Part shown: piece by piece, positions 53,767 through 64,000 of the stretch
How positions within the stretch are numbered: position 1 is the first letter of the stretch
Layout of the letters: each line of letters begins with the position of its first letter
Origin: Eledone cirrhosa
Taxonomy: Eukaryota
Length of the DNA stretch: 64,000 bases
Direction: 5' to 3'
Assembly (NCBI GenBank): GCA_964016885.1
Contig: OZ024741.1
Coordinates: 283,650,001-283,714,000, forward strand
Position numbers and translations under genes: made by a program
The notes under the pieces: model-generated
Databases searched by the model: none
The model's input: only the letters and a program-made list of their open reading frames with translations
What the model was told of the DNA's origin: nothing

Positions 53767-54141
53767 CCGTTTTACGTCCCTTCTTCCATGCTAGCATGGG
53801 TTAGACGGGTTGTCCTGTTGTGGGCAGTGTCTGGTCGGCTGACCATGCCTTGCTCATACAGGAACTGATTATTATATATATATATATTATATATATATAT
53901 TATATATATATTATATATATATGTACATTATAAATATATATATATATATTATATATACATGTATATATTATATATATATATTATATATATATAGATTTTG
54001 AGTTTATGTTGGTTGTATACCAACACCTCAGTATGCAGGCTGGAGCACTCGACGAAGTGCGCAGGCTGGTTTGGTTACTCCGGAGTAGTGTAAAATAAAG
54101 TTAAATAAAAGTCAAATGATTAAAATTTAGCTTCGTTTATT

Positions 54142-54196
54142 ACTGCTATATATATTTCAGTGACAGCCATCTTTGGCTGTGACCTCTTCAGGCAGT
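54142..54196 (-). ncRNA. Hammerhead ribozyme in PLE-A pseudo-LTR
   Basis: ACTGC-CTGAAGA-gGTcACAGCCA-aaga-TGGCTGTcACt-GAAATATATATA-GCAGT, then AATAAA. Confidence 0.88.
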
Positions 54197-55351
54197 TTGA
54201 ATTAGTATGGTATAGACAAGTACATATGTTGTTTAGGTGTATGATATTGTCAATACTCTGATATGCCCAGTTCCTTGTTGGGTTGTTAATTCACTGGGGA
54301 ACTGGAGTCATATGAATTCAAACAAACGAATTTTAGTGTCACAGGTCCCCTTCTCCTCTCATTGGTCAGTTATTAGTGTTGTCATTGTTGGAGTTAGCTT
54401 AAAAATTGATAAAATGGTAGAAGGGACAAGGTGTTGAAGGAACAAAATATCAAAAAATGTGTCAAACTTCCCATTGTTCAGTTCTGAGAGCATTCCTCAG
54501 TCAGAAGTCTATAGAATTCTTTCTGGGGTGAGGCTCCCTGTAGTGTTTATGCCTGCTATTGTTCAGTACATTTGACCTCCACCATTATTTTGGTACTGTT
54601 GTTGTTGTAGTGGTCAGCTTATATCTTGCTGCTGCTAACAATTTAGAAGTATTCAGTTTGTGTTTTCTCTTCATCCCACCCGCCACCATCGTAGTGGTGG
54701 TGGCGGGGGGGGGGGGTTATTTCATGTATATGAAGAAATATAAGGCAATAAATGAAGAAAACAGAAGATAAATAAATAATATAATAAAATAAAATAATTA
54801 ATATAATTTGTGTAATTTGAAAATAAATAAATAAATAGAGAATAAAGAATAAAGAGTAAATGAGAGATTGGTGAAAAAGTAATGATAATGTATATGGAGA
54901 AGTGAGAAATAATGTAGGATAAAGTGTGTGTGTGTGTGTGCTATAACCAATCTCAAGGTCAGAATGAGATATTCAATGTGTTTGTGTTATAATCTATCTC
55001 AACTTAAAATAAATATAAATATAAGGTTATACAGTGAAGAGGGCAGAAAACAAATAACAAATTAATATAGAGAAATCAAGATTTAAGATTGGAACTTTAA
55101 AGTCAGAAATCTGGTAAATTAAAAGTGTTTGTGTTATAGATGTTGGCCAGATTATTATGGCTGTGTCCGATTCTGTCTCTAGGCTATCATGGTGTCTGCT
55201 CCGCCTGGGTTGTTCCCTATGGCTTGAGGGGAGTTCACAACCTAGGGTGTTGTAATTGTCCATATAGCTTGAGGGAGGTCTGGCCGAGAGGTGTTTTCAT
55301 GTTCTGTAGAAGTCCCTATAGCTTGAGGGGAGTTCACATCTTCTTGTGTTG

Positions 55352-57673
55352 CTACTGTCCATATATTTTGAGAAAGGTCCCGGCTCTAAGGTGTCTGCAT
55401 GTCCCGAAGAAGTCGGTTCTGAGGTTTATCAGGCCGCTTCCACCTCTTAGTATCTCGAGGGTCTCGTTCAGGCATAGTTTGCATATGCAAGATCCCCCTT
55501 TATCGGGTGGTACTTTCCTGATTATGTACCAGGCCAGAGAGTATGGGGTCCTGTCCAGCTTAAGCTTCCAGATCAGGTCGGAGAGAGCTGTGCTTTTCCT
55601 TTTGGCCTCCTTCTTGAAGGAATGGCGATGGTTGTACCAGCGGTCCTTAAAGCTCGTTGATGTGGCTCCTATGTAGAGGTGTTCGGAGTTGGGGGTTTTA
55701 ACCCTACAACCGTACACTATGTTCTTCTTGAGACATTCATTACCAAGGGGGCATGATTCGGGGTTTCTACAGTTGCAGAGGGTGGGCGGCCTCTGCGTGC
55801 TTAGATTAGGGTTCTCATTATGTGTTACATGTTGGTCTTCCCCCATGCTCGGTGGGGGGTCCTTGGGTCTGTTTGTGTTTCTTGGGTGGGCTCTGGGTCC
55901 CCCCTTCCCTCCTTTCACATGGTTCTGCTGAGTGTTTGTATTGCCATCTTCTGGTTGTGTGTGGTTTTTAAGCCTACTTCTGTTGATGCTAGCTATGTGT
56001 TGGGCCAAATTTCTCGTGGTGGAATACGAAAGCTTCACAGTGTGTCTGTTGAAGATCCTGTGGTATCTGTGGTCCCTCGGGAAGCATTTGTCAAGTGCTC
56101 CAAAGAACAATCGGGCCAAGCTTTTCTTTAGGGCCGCTGAGTAGGGTGGGTTGTACCACGTGATTTGTCGGTGTCTCCTCCTATATGTGTGGGTTGGGGG
56201 CTTCGTGATTTGTTGGAGATTTGTTGGTTTGCTGGTGGTTTCCGCACTGTTGCTTCCCTTTTGGGCTCTATACTTTCTGTTATCTTCACGGCCCGGATTT
56301 GTGGGGTGGTTGTTGTCTGCCCCGGGAGATCCATCGTGGGGTGGTCGCCCGTTTCCTCCCCCCCCCACGTGTCCTGCGGTTGGGGTTGTCCGTCCTGGGG
56401 TAGTTAGCATCACGTCTGAGACTGCTACTCATATTGTGCTCCATCTCGTGGTCAAGCGCACTAGTCCCCACCGCCCGTGTGGTGGTGTCTGGTACATGGT
56501 GCCTATTTGATTTTGCTCTGCCTGTATTGTTAGGGTTCGCCCTCCCCCCTCTGGTAACGCGGTTGTGGGTGTCTGTTGGGCTATCCACCTCCCGGCTTTT
56601 CGGACTATATGTTATATTTTGTCCATGTGCCGCCTTCTTTAGAGCTGCGTTGTAATATTCCGCGTGGTTGTTGAATATTTCCTTACTTGCGGACAGGCTG
56701 GAGATCCTGTCCGAGACACTCTTCACCACTGCCTTGGTTATGGATCTAGGGTGGTTTGATTTGGCGTTAACATATACTAGTTTCTCGTTGGGCTTGTGGT
56801 AGGGGTAGTATTGCTCGGTGTTCAGGTTTAGGGTGGTGTCTAGGAAGTTAACTACCTTCCTATTTGGGTCTATTTCTATGCTGAGCCCCTGGTTCTTAAA
56901 GAAATGGCGAATACGCCTCCTCATACCCTCCAACATATTGGTGCTGTGGTCATGTACTGTGAATAGAGCATCGTCACGATATAATCCGCCGCCCAGGCAG
57001 GGGATTTCATCTTTTATCTGCTTCAGCAGGTAGAGCCCAACCAGGTCCGTTACCTGCGCTGAGTCGCTGGAGCCCATCGTGATGTCAAAGTTATTTGGCC
57101 AATCACTCCTGGTCCACAGGTCTCCATCGAAGCGGATTAAGGTCTTTCTTGCGGCGTGGATGATGCTCACCTCCTCTCGGGTTAGGTCCGTATTGGACAT
57201 CGCTAAAAATAGGGCCTTATTAAGTACTATGGGTGAGATTGAGGAGTAGTAGCTTGCGATGTCCAGTTGTATAAAGCTGGTCCTACTTTTCTCCTGCAGT
57301 ATTTTGAACCATTCTATTACTTCTCTCGTGCATGACCATTGCTGTAATTTGGTTTTTTTCCGAAGCTTGGGCAAAATCCTATCCAGTATTCTTTTACTGA
57401 CGATCCCTAGGTCAGATCTGGAGGGGGCTATTAGTCTGACAGGGAGGTCGGACTCAAAGTTTGACTTGTGGTCTTTAAGGGTAATCCGCGGCTCCCTTGG
57501 TTGGTATGGGGCCGTCCTGTCCTCTATGCCGATTCTGGATATAATCCTGTAAGCTGTGGCATTGATCTCATCCAGGGTAAATCCAGGTGTTTTTTTGTAG
57601 CACTTCCTCAGTTCCCTGAGGATTAGCTTATTGTACAGTTCAGTGTTCATGTTGTAGAGGTTGTTTGTTTTGT
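55352..57673 (-). CDS. PLE-A RT + GIY-YIG endonuclease, one frameshift in the low-complexity linker (about 56290-56410)
   Basis: DKTNNLY, LKDHK, RLIAPS, LDIASYYSSI, ITMGS, YRDD, NFLD, SNHP, WYNPPYS, CNC-x5-C-x5-C, NIVY...YIG...FKDRWYNH, CKLC. Confidence 0.9.
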
Positions 57674-58022
57674 CACTACAGGGAGCCTCACCCCAGAAAG
57701 AATTCTATAGACTTCTGACTGAGGAATGCTCTCAGAACTAAACAATGGGAAGTTTGACACATTTTTTGATATTTTGTTCCTTCAACACTTTGTCCCTTCT
57801 ACCATTTTATCAATTTTTAAGCTAACTCCAACAATGACAACACTAATAACTGACCAATGAGAGGAGAAGGGGACCTGTGACACTAAAATTCGTTTGTTTG
57901 AATTCATATGACTCCAGTTCCCCAGTGAATTAACAACCCAACAAGGAACTGGGCATATCAGAGTATTGACAATATCATACACCTAAACAACATATGTACT
58001 TGTCTATACCATACTAATTCAA

Positions 58023-58077
58023 ACTGCCTGAAGAGGTCACAGCCAAAGATGGCTGTCACTGAAATATATATAGCAGT
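58023..58077 (+). ncRNA. Hammerhead ribozyme, inverted copy of 54142-54196
   Basis: Same sequence; AATAAA at 58078-58083. Confidence 0.88.
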
Positions 58078-58237
58078 AATAAACGAAGCTAAATTTTAAT
58101 CATTTGACTTTTATTTAACTTTATATTATATATATATATATAGATGAAGTAATTCCGTCAGAAAGGTACAGGAAAAAGAGTGCTCTATGTAGGTTACAGA
58201 GCTTATTAGTTATGTAATTAACAACATAAGATAATTA

Positions 58238-58297
58238 TTTCATTTACCAGTGGTTTCTTAAAAGCAAATAAATCTGCTTTCAGTCATCAGAATGAAA
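58238..58297 (-). ncRNA. Hammerhead ribozyme in a ~240-bp island between (TA)n tracts
   Basis: TTTCATT-CTGATGA-c-TGAAAGCAGA-ttta-TTTGCTTTTA-a-GAAA-CCACTGG-TA-AATGAAA: 7-bp stem I, 10-bp stem II. Confidence 0.88.
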
Positions 58298-58434
58298 AAA
58301 AACCTGGAGTTTTTATTGAATGTGGATTTGAAAACAAAAATATAAAAAATATGAAAGCGAGGCTGAGGAAAAACAGGGGGTTATATATATATAAGTATAT
58401 ATACACACACACACATATATATATATATATACAT

Positions 58435-58492
<58 letters not shown>

Positions 58493-58536
58493 AGAAGAAG
58501 TTTATGAAATGGAAATGCGGGTATACAGAATTTATT

Positions 58537-58653
58537 AGGTAACAATTGTTTCTATAGTGTATGGGTTACCTATACCTCGCTATTTGAATAATATAAAAAT
58601 ATTATCATAAACCGAAGGTACACTGTAAGCAAACACACCATGTCGTCAGACCT
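58537..58653 (-). ncRNA. Hammerhead ribozyme with long stem II (inverted PLE-B copy)
   Basis: Reverse complement of 62793-62909 (one difference). Confidence 0.75.
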
Positions 58654-60115
58654 TTGTATTGGAATGATATGAAAATATTTTATGCACTAGATAAAAGAGA
58701 AAGAAGGAGGTAGGAAGAGAAGGGGAAGAGGGAAGTGAGTAAGGTGGAGGGAGTCCTAGGATTTAAGACTGTCAGACTAGTAGAGATTGTAAGGAGAGAA
58801 TGTTTTGGCAGCAGTTAGCTTAATGAGGTGTGTTAGGGTTGGCGGGGGAAGTAGATTCTTCTAGTGGTGTTGTTCGGACAAAATTTAGTTAAAGGGGGTC
58901 AAAGTGGTACAGAGTCACAGACAAGTTATTGGGGCTATTTCTAAAGGGGTCCAGAAAACAGTGTTTAGTACTATTATTATAGAAAGCCATATCTTGTGTA
59001 TAAACATATAAAACAGAAATTTGCAAACGGTGGTGTAAAAAGGTAACATTATATGCATTTAAAAAAAGAAAAAGTCGTTTTCAAACGATGGTTACAGTAT
59101 AGAGAACGTTCAATTTTGCTGTTCAAAAGTTTGTTTACCGACGTTAAAATGCAGTATATCTCCAAATTGCATAACTTGCAGAATCGATGATTTTGCTTAT
59201 ATGCAGGCACAGCTGCAATAATTTGCCAATCAAGGGAGAATGCTTGATTGTTCCTCCGGAGCTGCCAGGCTTTATCGGCGAGGGTTGTTACGGAGCGCAT
59301 TTTCTCGTGCCTGATCGAAGATCGATGTTGGTATAGGCGAGCCTTGAAAGAAGTTGCGGTACATCCGACGTAATACCATTTGTTGGTTCCGGAATTTATT
59401 GTACATCGGTAGACAATATTGCGTGCTAGGCACTGGTTATTCAGTGGGCACGTACCTGGTTTGGTGCAGTTACAATTATTTTTATGTTTTGCAGTAGAAT
59501 CCTGGATAGTTTGGTGGGGTTGTAGTTGCGTGTTAGTGCGTTGTATATTGCTATGCTGGTGCGCTGAGTCATTAGGGATGTACTTATTTAGTATTGCTGA
59601 GTTGAGTTTTTTAATTAGTTGTTCTATGTTAGGTGCAGTGGAGTATGAGAGTCTAATGGTGCGCGAGTTAAAGATTTTATAGTATTTATGTGAAGTTGTA
59701 AAGTGTTTGTTGATTAGTGTATAGAATTGTGAGATAATCTTAGTGCTAATAGAAGAATTGTACACGGGGTTATACCATATGTACTCTCGGTTATACCATA
59801 TGTACCTTCGGTTTATACCATATGTACCTTCGGTTTATGATAATATTTTTATATTATTCAAATAGCGAGGTATAGGTAACCCATACACTATAGAAACAAT
59901 TGTTACCTAATAAATTCTTTATACCCGCATTTCCATTTCATAAACTTCTTCTCCATATTTTCTCCGGATTTTAAAACACACTTTATTATACGTTGAGCAA
60001 TCTCTGACGTCGGTTGACTCCATCCAATGCAACTACTTAGTAACATTGGAATACAAATTTACTAATTCTTCACACTCCTTTACAGTCGAGCAACCTATAA
60101 ACCTACGTCTCTGAA

Positions 60116-62397
60116 ATGGAAAAACATCATTGTGGTATGTCCTTAAAAAACATACCCATTCAGGGTAAAAAAGAATACATTCTTGGTATGATACAAAGGA
60201 CCAACGAATTTATTCGGTGGATTAGATGGAGGGCCTTCCACTTCGATAGGAAAAGGATTACACAAACTTCCGACACCAACAACGATAAGTTTGGTTTCAA
60301 ATCCTACAAAAACCCACCCTCTAACCCTCTTTTGGATTCTTTCGAACAGGACTTAATGAAAATGATAACCGGAATCAAATTTACAAACGGAAGGAAAAAC
60401 GAACTGCAACGAGACATTAAAACTCTACTCGACAACCTAAGGAATACCAAAGGAATTATCATAAAGGCAGACAAAACATCGAATCTATACACCCTGGATG
60501 TAGAAACATATAATAATTTTATACGTAAGGAATTACATAGGAAGTACAAAAAAACAAACGCAACTACACTAACCAACATTAATAACGCAGCATGTGATAT
60601 TGTTAAGAAACTGAAAATTGACGACAGAACGGTACCCCTATCTCCAGCTACACCGACTTTTAATCTGAAGGACCATAAGGATAACTTCGATACTAACCCT
60701 AAAATTAGATTAATATGTCCTTCAAAGTCCGATATGGGTAGAATTAGCAAGTACATATTAGATCGTATTATCCCCAAGTTAAGGCTAAGGTAGATATTAA
60801 ATTATGGGGTAATACTCATCAGGCAATAAGATGGTTCAATAACATTAGGGACAAAAACAAATCTTCTTTTATTCAATTCGATATAGATGAATACTATTCC
60901 TCTATTTCACCCGAAACCCTGCATAAGGCCCTCTCTTTCGCTAAGACTAACTCGGACCTCACAAACGAGGAAATTAATATTATACTTGAAGCTAGACGCG
61001 CAGTAGTGCACTTTGAAAATAGTTATTGGGTCCGCAGAGATAGACCCTCGGAATTCGACATTACGATGGGTTCTAATGATTCGGCGGAGGTCACGGATCT
61101 GGTTGGGATCTATATAGCCCATAGACTCCAGAGCGAATTTACGGACCTCCACGGCGGAATATACCGCGACGATACACTTCTATTAGTCAAGAATATGAAC
61201 AAACAAAACCTAGAAAGGCGACGTAAAAATATTAGGAAACTTTTCTTAGAACTAGGGCTTAATATTATCTTCGAACACAATCTTAAGGTGGTCAACTTCT
61301 TGGATGTTACCTTCAACCTTAATAACGGTAATATAGAGCCATTTCACAAACTTAATGAAAATCTCAAGTACGTTAATGTAAAATCGAACCATCCCCATTC
61401 CATTATTAAATCTATCCCTAAAAATATATCCATAAGGATCTCCCGATTGTCGTCTAATTTGCAGACCTTCAACGAGCATGCTGAATATTATAATGACGCA
61501 CTTAGAAAAGCTGGTTACTGCGAGAAAATAGAATATCTAGACGATAACCACATAAGTACTATGAATAAAGCACATCTAAGTCGAACTAGTATTGCACCAC
61601 ACACACACATCAATAGGCATACTAATAGGTGCAAACCAGCAAATAGAGTCAGACGTAGAGAGTACATATGGTATAACCCCGTGTACAATTCTTCTATTAG
61701 CACTAAGATTATCTCACAATTCTATACACTAATCAACAAACACTTTACAACTTCACATAAATACTATAAAATCTTTAACTCGCGCACCATTAGACTCTCA
61801 TACTCCACTGCACCTAACATAGAACAACTAATTAAAAAACTCAACTCAACAATACTAAATAAGTACATCCCTAATGACTCAGCGCACCAGCATAGCAACA
61901 TACAACGCACTAACACGCAACTACAACCCCACCAAACTATCCAGGATTCTACTGCAAAACATAAAAATAATTGTAACTGCACCAAACCAGGTACGTGCCC
62001 ACTGAATAACCAGTGCCTAGCACGCAATATTGTCTACCGATGTATAATAAATTCCGGAACCAACAAATGGTATTACGTCGGATGTACCGCAACTTCTTTC
62101 AAGGCTCGCCTATACCAACATCGATCTTCGATCAGGCACGAGAAAATGCGCTCCGTAACAACCCTCGCCGATAAAGCCTGGCAGCTCCGGAGGAACAATC
62201 AAACATTCTCCCTTGATTGGCAAATTATTGCAGCTGTGCCTGCATATAAGCAAAATCATCGATTCTGCAAGTTATGCAATTTGGAGATATACTGCATTTT
62301 AACGTCGGTAAACAAACTTTTGAACAGCAAAATTGAACGTTCTCTATACTGTAACCATCGTTTGAAAACGACTTTTTCTTTTTTTAAATGCATATAA
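60116..62397 (+). CDS. PLE-B RT + GIY-YIG endonuclease (~760 aa), single frameshift near 60783
   Basis: SLKNIP, KADKTSNLY, LKDHK, RLICPSKS / KLWGNT..WF, QFDIDEYYSSI, ITMGS, YRDD, NFLDV, SNHP, WYNP, CNC-x5-C-x5-C, NIVY..YVG..FKARLYQH, CKLC. Confidence 0.92.
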
Positions 62398-62792
62398 TGT
62401 TACCTTTTTACACCACCGTTTGCAAATTTCTGTTTTATATGTTTATACACAAGATATGGCTTTTTATAATAATAGTACTAAACACTGTTTTCTGGACCCC
62501 TTTAGAAATAGCCCCAATAACTTGTCTGTGACTCTGTACCACTTTGATCCCCTTTAACTAAATTTTGTCCGAACAACACCACTAGAAGAATCTACTTCCC
62601 CCGCCAACCCTAACACGCCTCATTAAGCTAACTGCTGCCAAAACATTCTCTCCTTACAATCTCTACTAGTCTGACAGTCTTAAATCCTAGGACTCCCTCC
62701 ACCTTACTCACTTCCCTCTTCCCCTTCTCTTCCTACCTCCTTCTTTCTCTTTTATCTAGTGCATAAAATATTTTCATATCATTCCAATACAA

Positions 62793-62909
62793 AGGTCTGA
62801 CGACATGGTGTGTTTGCTTACAGTGTACCTTCGGTTTATGATAATATTTTTATATTATTCAAATAGCGAGGTATAGGTAACCCATAGACTATAGAAACAA
62901 TTGTTACCT
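62793..62909 (+). ncRNA. Hammerhead ribozyme with ~90-nt stem II in PLE-B 3' end
   Basis: AGGT-CTGACGA-c-ATGGTGTGT..TGTACCT..ATAATAT-tttt-ATATTAT..AGGTATA..ATA(G/C)ACTAT-a-GAAACAATTGTT-ACCT, then AATAAA. Confidence 0.75.
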
Positions 62910-63063
62910 AATAAATTCTGTATACCCGCATTTCCATTTCATAAACTTCTTCTCCATATTTTCTCCGGATTTTAAAACACACTTTATTATACGTTGAGCA
63001 ATCTCTGACGTCGGTTGACTCCATCCAATGCAACTACTTAGTAACATTGGAATACAAATTTAC

Positions 63064-63118
<55 letters not shown>

Positions 63119-63120
<2 letters not shown>

Positions 63121-64000
63121 TCATCATCATCATCATCCTCATCGTTTAACATCCATCTTCCACGCTTGCATGGGTTTGGACGGGAATTTTCCAACTTGAG
63201 GCAAGATTGGTTGTCTTGCTCGTATAGGACCGTCTGGCGGGTTTTCTACGGCTGGATGCCCTTCCTAACACCAACCACGTTTACAGTGTGGATTGGGAGG
63301 TTTTTACCGTGTTACCTACACGGCCACATTACAGCGTGGACTGTGTGTTTTTTTTTTTCGTGACACCTACACGACCTCATTTATTTCGGACTGGATGTTG
63401 TGGTACCAACATAACTTTACATCGAAAGGGGTGGTGTGGATGGGGTGGGGGTAGTGGGACGGGGTTGTATTTTGGTTAAGAGGTGCCTACTGACTGTAGG
63501 TTTCGCTTTGTACTTAGGCAAGGAGGGTCTTCTGTATTACTGTGTAGCGTCAAAGATCTTGGTCCAGTGACATTGTCTTGGAGAGGTGTAAGTGTGTGAG
63601 GTCGGAATTTATCAAGTCGTCCCAGGTTTTTCTGGGTCTGCCTACTCCGTGGCTACCGTCTATTTTTATCCCCCTGCACTTTTTTATACAGTTGTCCTCT
63701 TTCATGCGCATCACGTGACCATACTAACGTAGTCTTCTCTCGAGTAAACAACATCTGATCCATCTTATTCCTAATTTCTCACTTAGTTCGTTTATGTTTT
63801 GCCGTTCACGTATATTACTATTACACATCCAACGGAGCATGCAAGCTTCGTTCCTCTCCAGTCTGCGTAGATCCTCTGCACACAATGCCCAAGTCTCACT
63901 GCCATGTAACATTGCTGTTCGTATGCAGGCATCATACAGCCTGCCTTTCATTTTTAGAGAGAAACCTTTTGCGGCCAATAGTGGTATAAGCTCTCTGAAC
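63119..64000 (-). mobile_element. RTE LINE 3' part (continues beyond the window)
   Basis: Same family as 11777-13329; (GAT)n tail abuts (TA)n. Confidence 0.92.

Larger units (their letters stand above)
53994..58124 (-). mobile_element. Penelope-like element A (Hydra-clade-like), 5'-truncated with inverted 3' segment
   Basis: Minus-strand RT-EN ORFs; about 54101-54545 is repeated inverted at about 57674-58124; (TA)n at both ends. Confidence 0.9.
58488..63068 (+). mobile_element. Penelope-like element B (Hydra-clade-like): inverted 3' copy (about 58488-59787) + pLTR (59823-60067) + ORF + pLTR (62824-63068)
   Basis: 245-bp direct repeats; ~1.3-kb inverted duplicate of about 61659-62957; (TA)n at both ends. 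Confidence 0.93.

Noticed and set aside
55352-62397. Selenoprotein-type (Naiad) PLE or programmed frameshifting
   Set aside because: The endonuclease is C-terminal, conserved Cys positions are not UGA, and the frameshifts fall at different places in the two elements without clear slippery sites.

Overview
This is AT-rich, microsatellite-saturated eukaryotic DNA. The SINE and LINE families suggest an octopus or other cephalopod (inference). Most short ORFs in the track are artefacts of (TA)n, (CA)n and (CAT)n repeats. The real content is as follows. (1) A host gene on the minus strand that the ORF track misses: four, probably five, spliceable exons (38930-39014, 34231-34326, 32214-32306, 24221-24385, possibly 22353-22528) encoding the N-terminus of a protein with a signal peptide. 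(2) A nest of retroelements: Penelope-like elements (PLEs; one Neptune-type, two Hydra-clade-like, one decayed), a near-intact CR1-type LINE, several RTE LINEs with a PHD-like finger inside the RT region, L1/Tx1 and R4/Dong remnants, and tRNA-derived SINEs. There is also a Chapaev3-like transposase remnant and two TTAA MITEs. (3) The most striking feature: at least nine complete type-I hammerhead ribozyme (HHR) folds from about seven unrelated sequence contexts, plus several half-motifs. They lie in PLE pseudo-LTRs and in short non-coding units embedded in (TA)n arrays. Most share palindromic stem III, non-canonical pairs at the base of stem II, and often a greatly enlarged stem II. This suggests a (TA)n-dwelling community of autonomous PLEs and retrozyme-like non-autonomous elements. 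All folds and alignments were done by eye; no searches were run.
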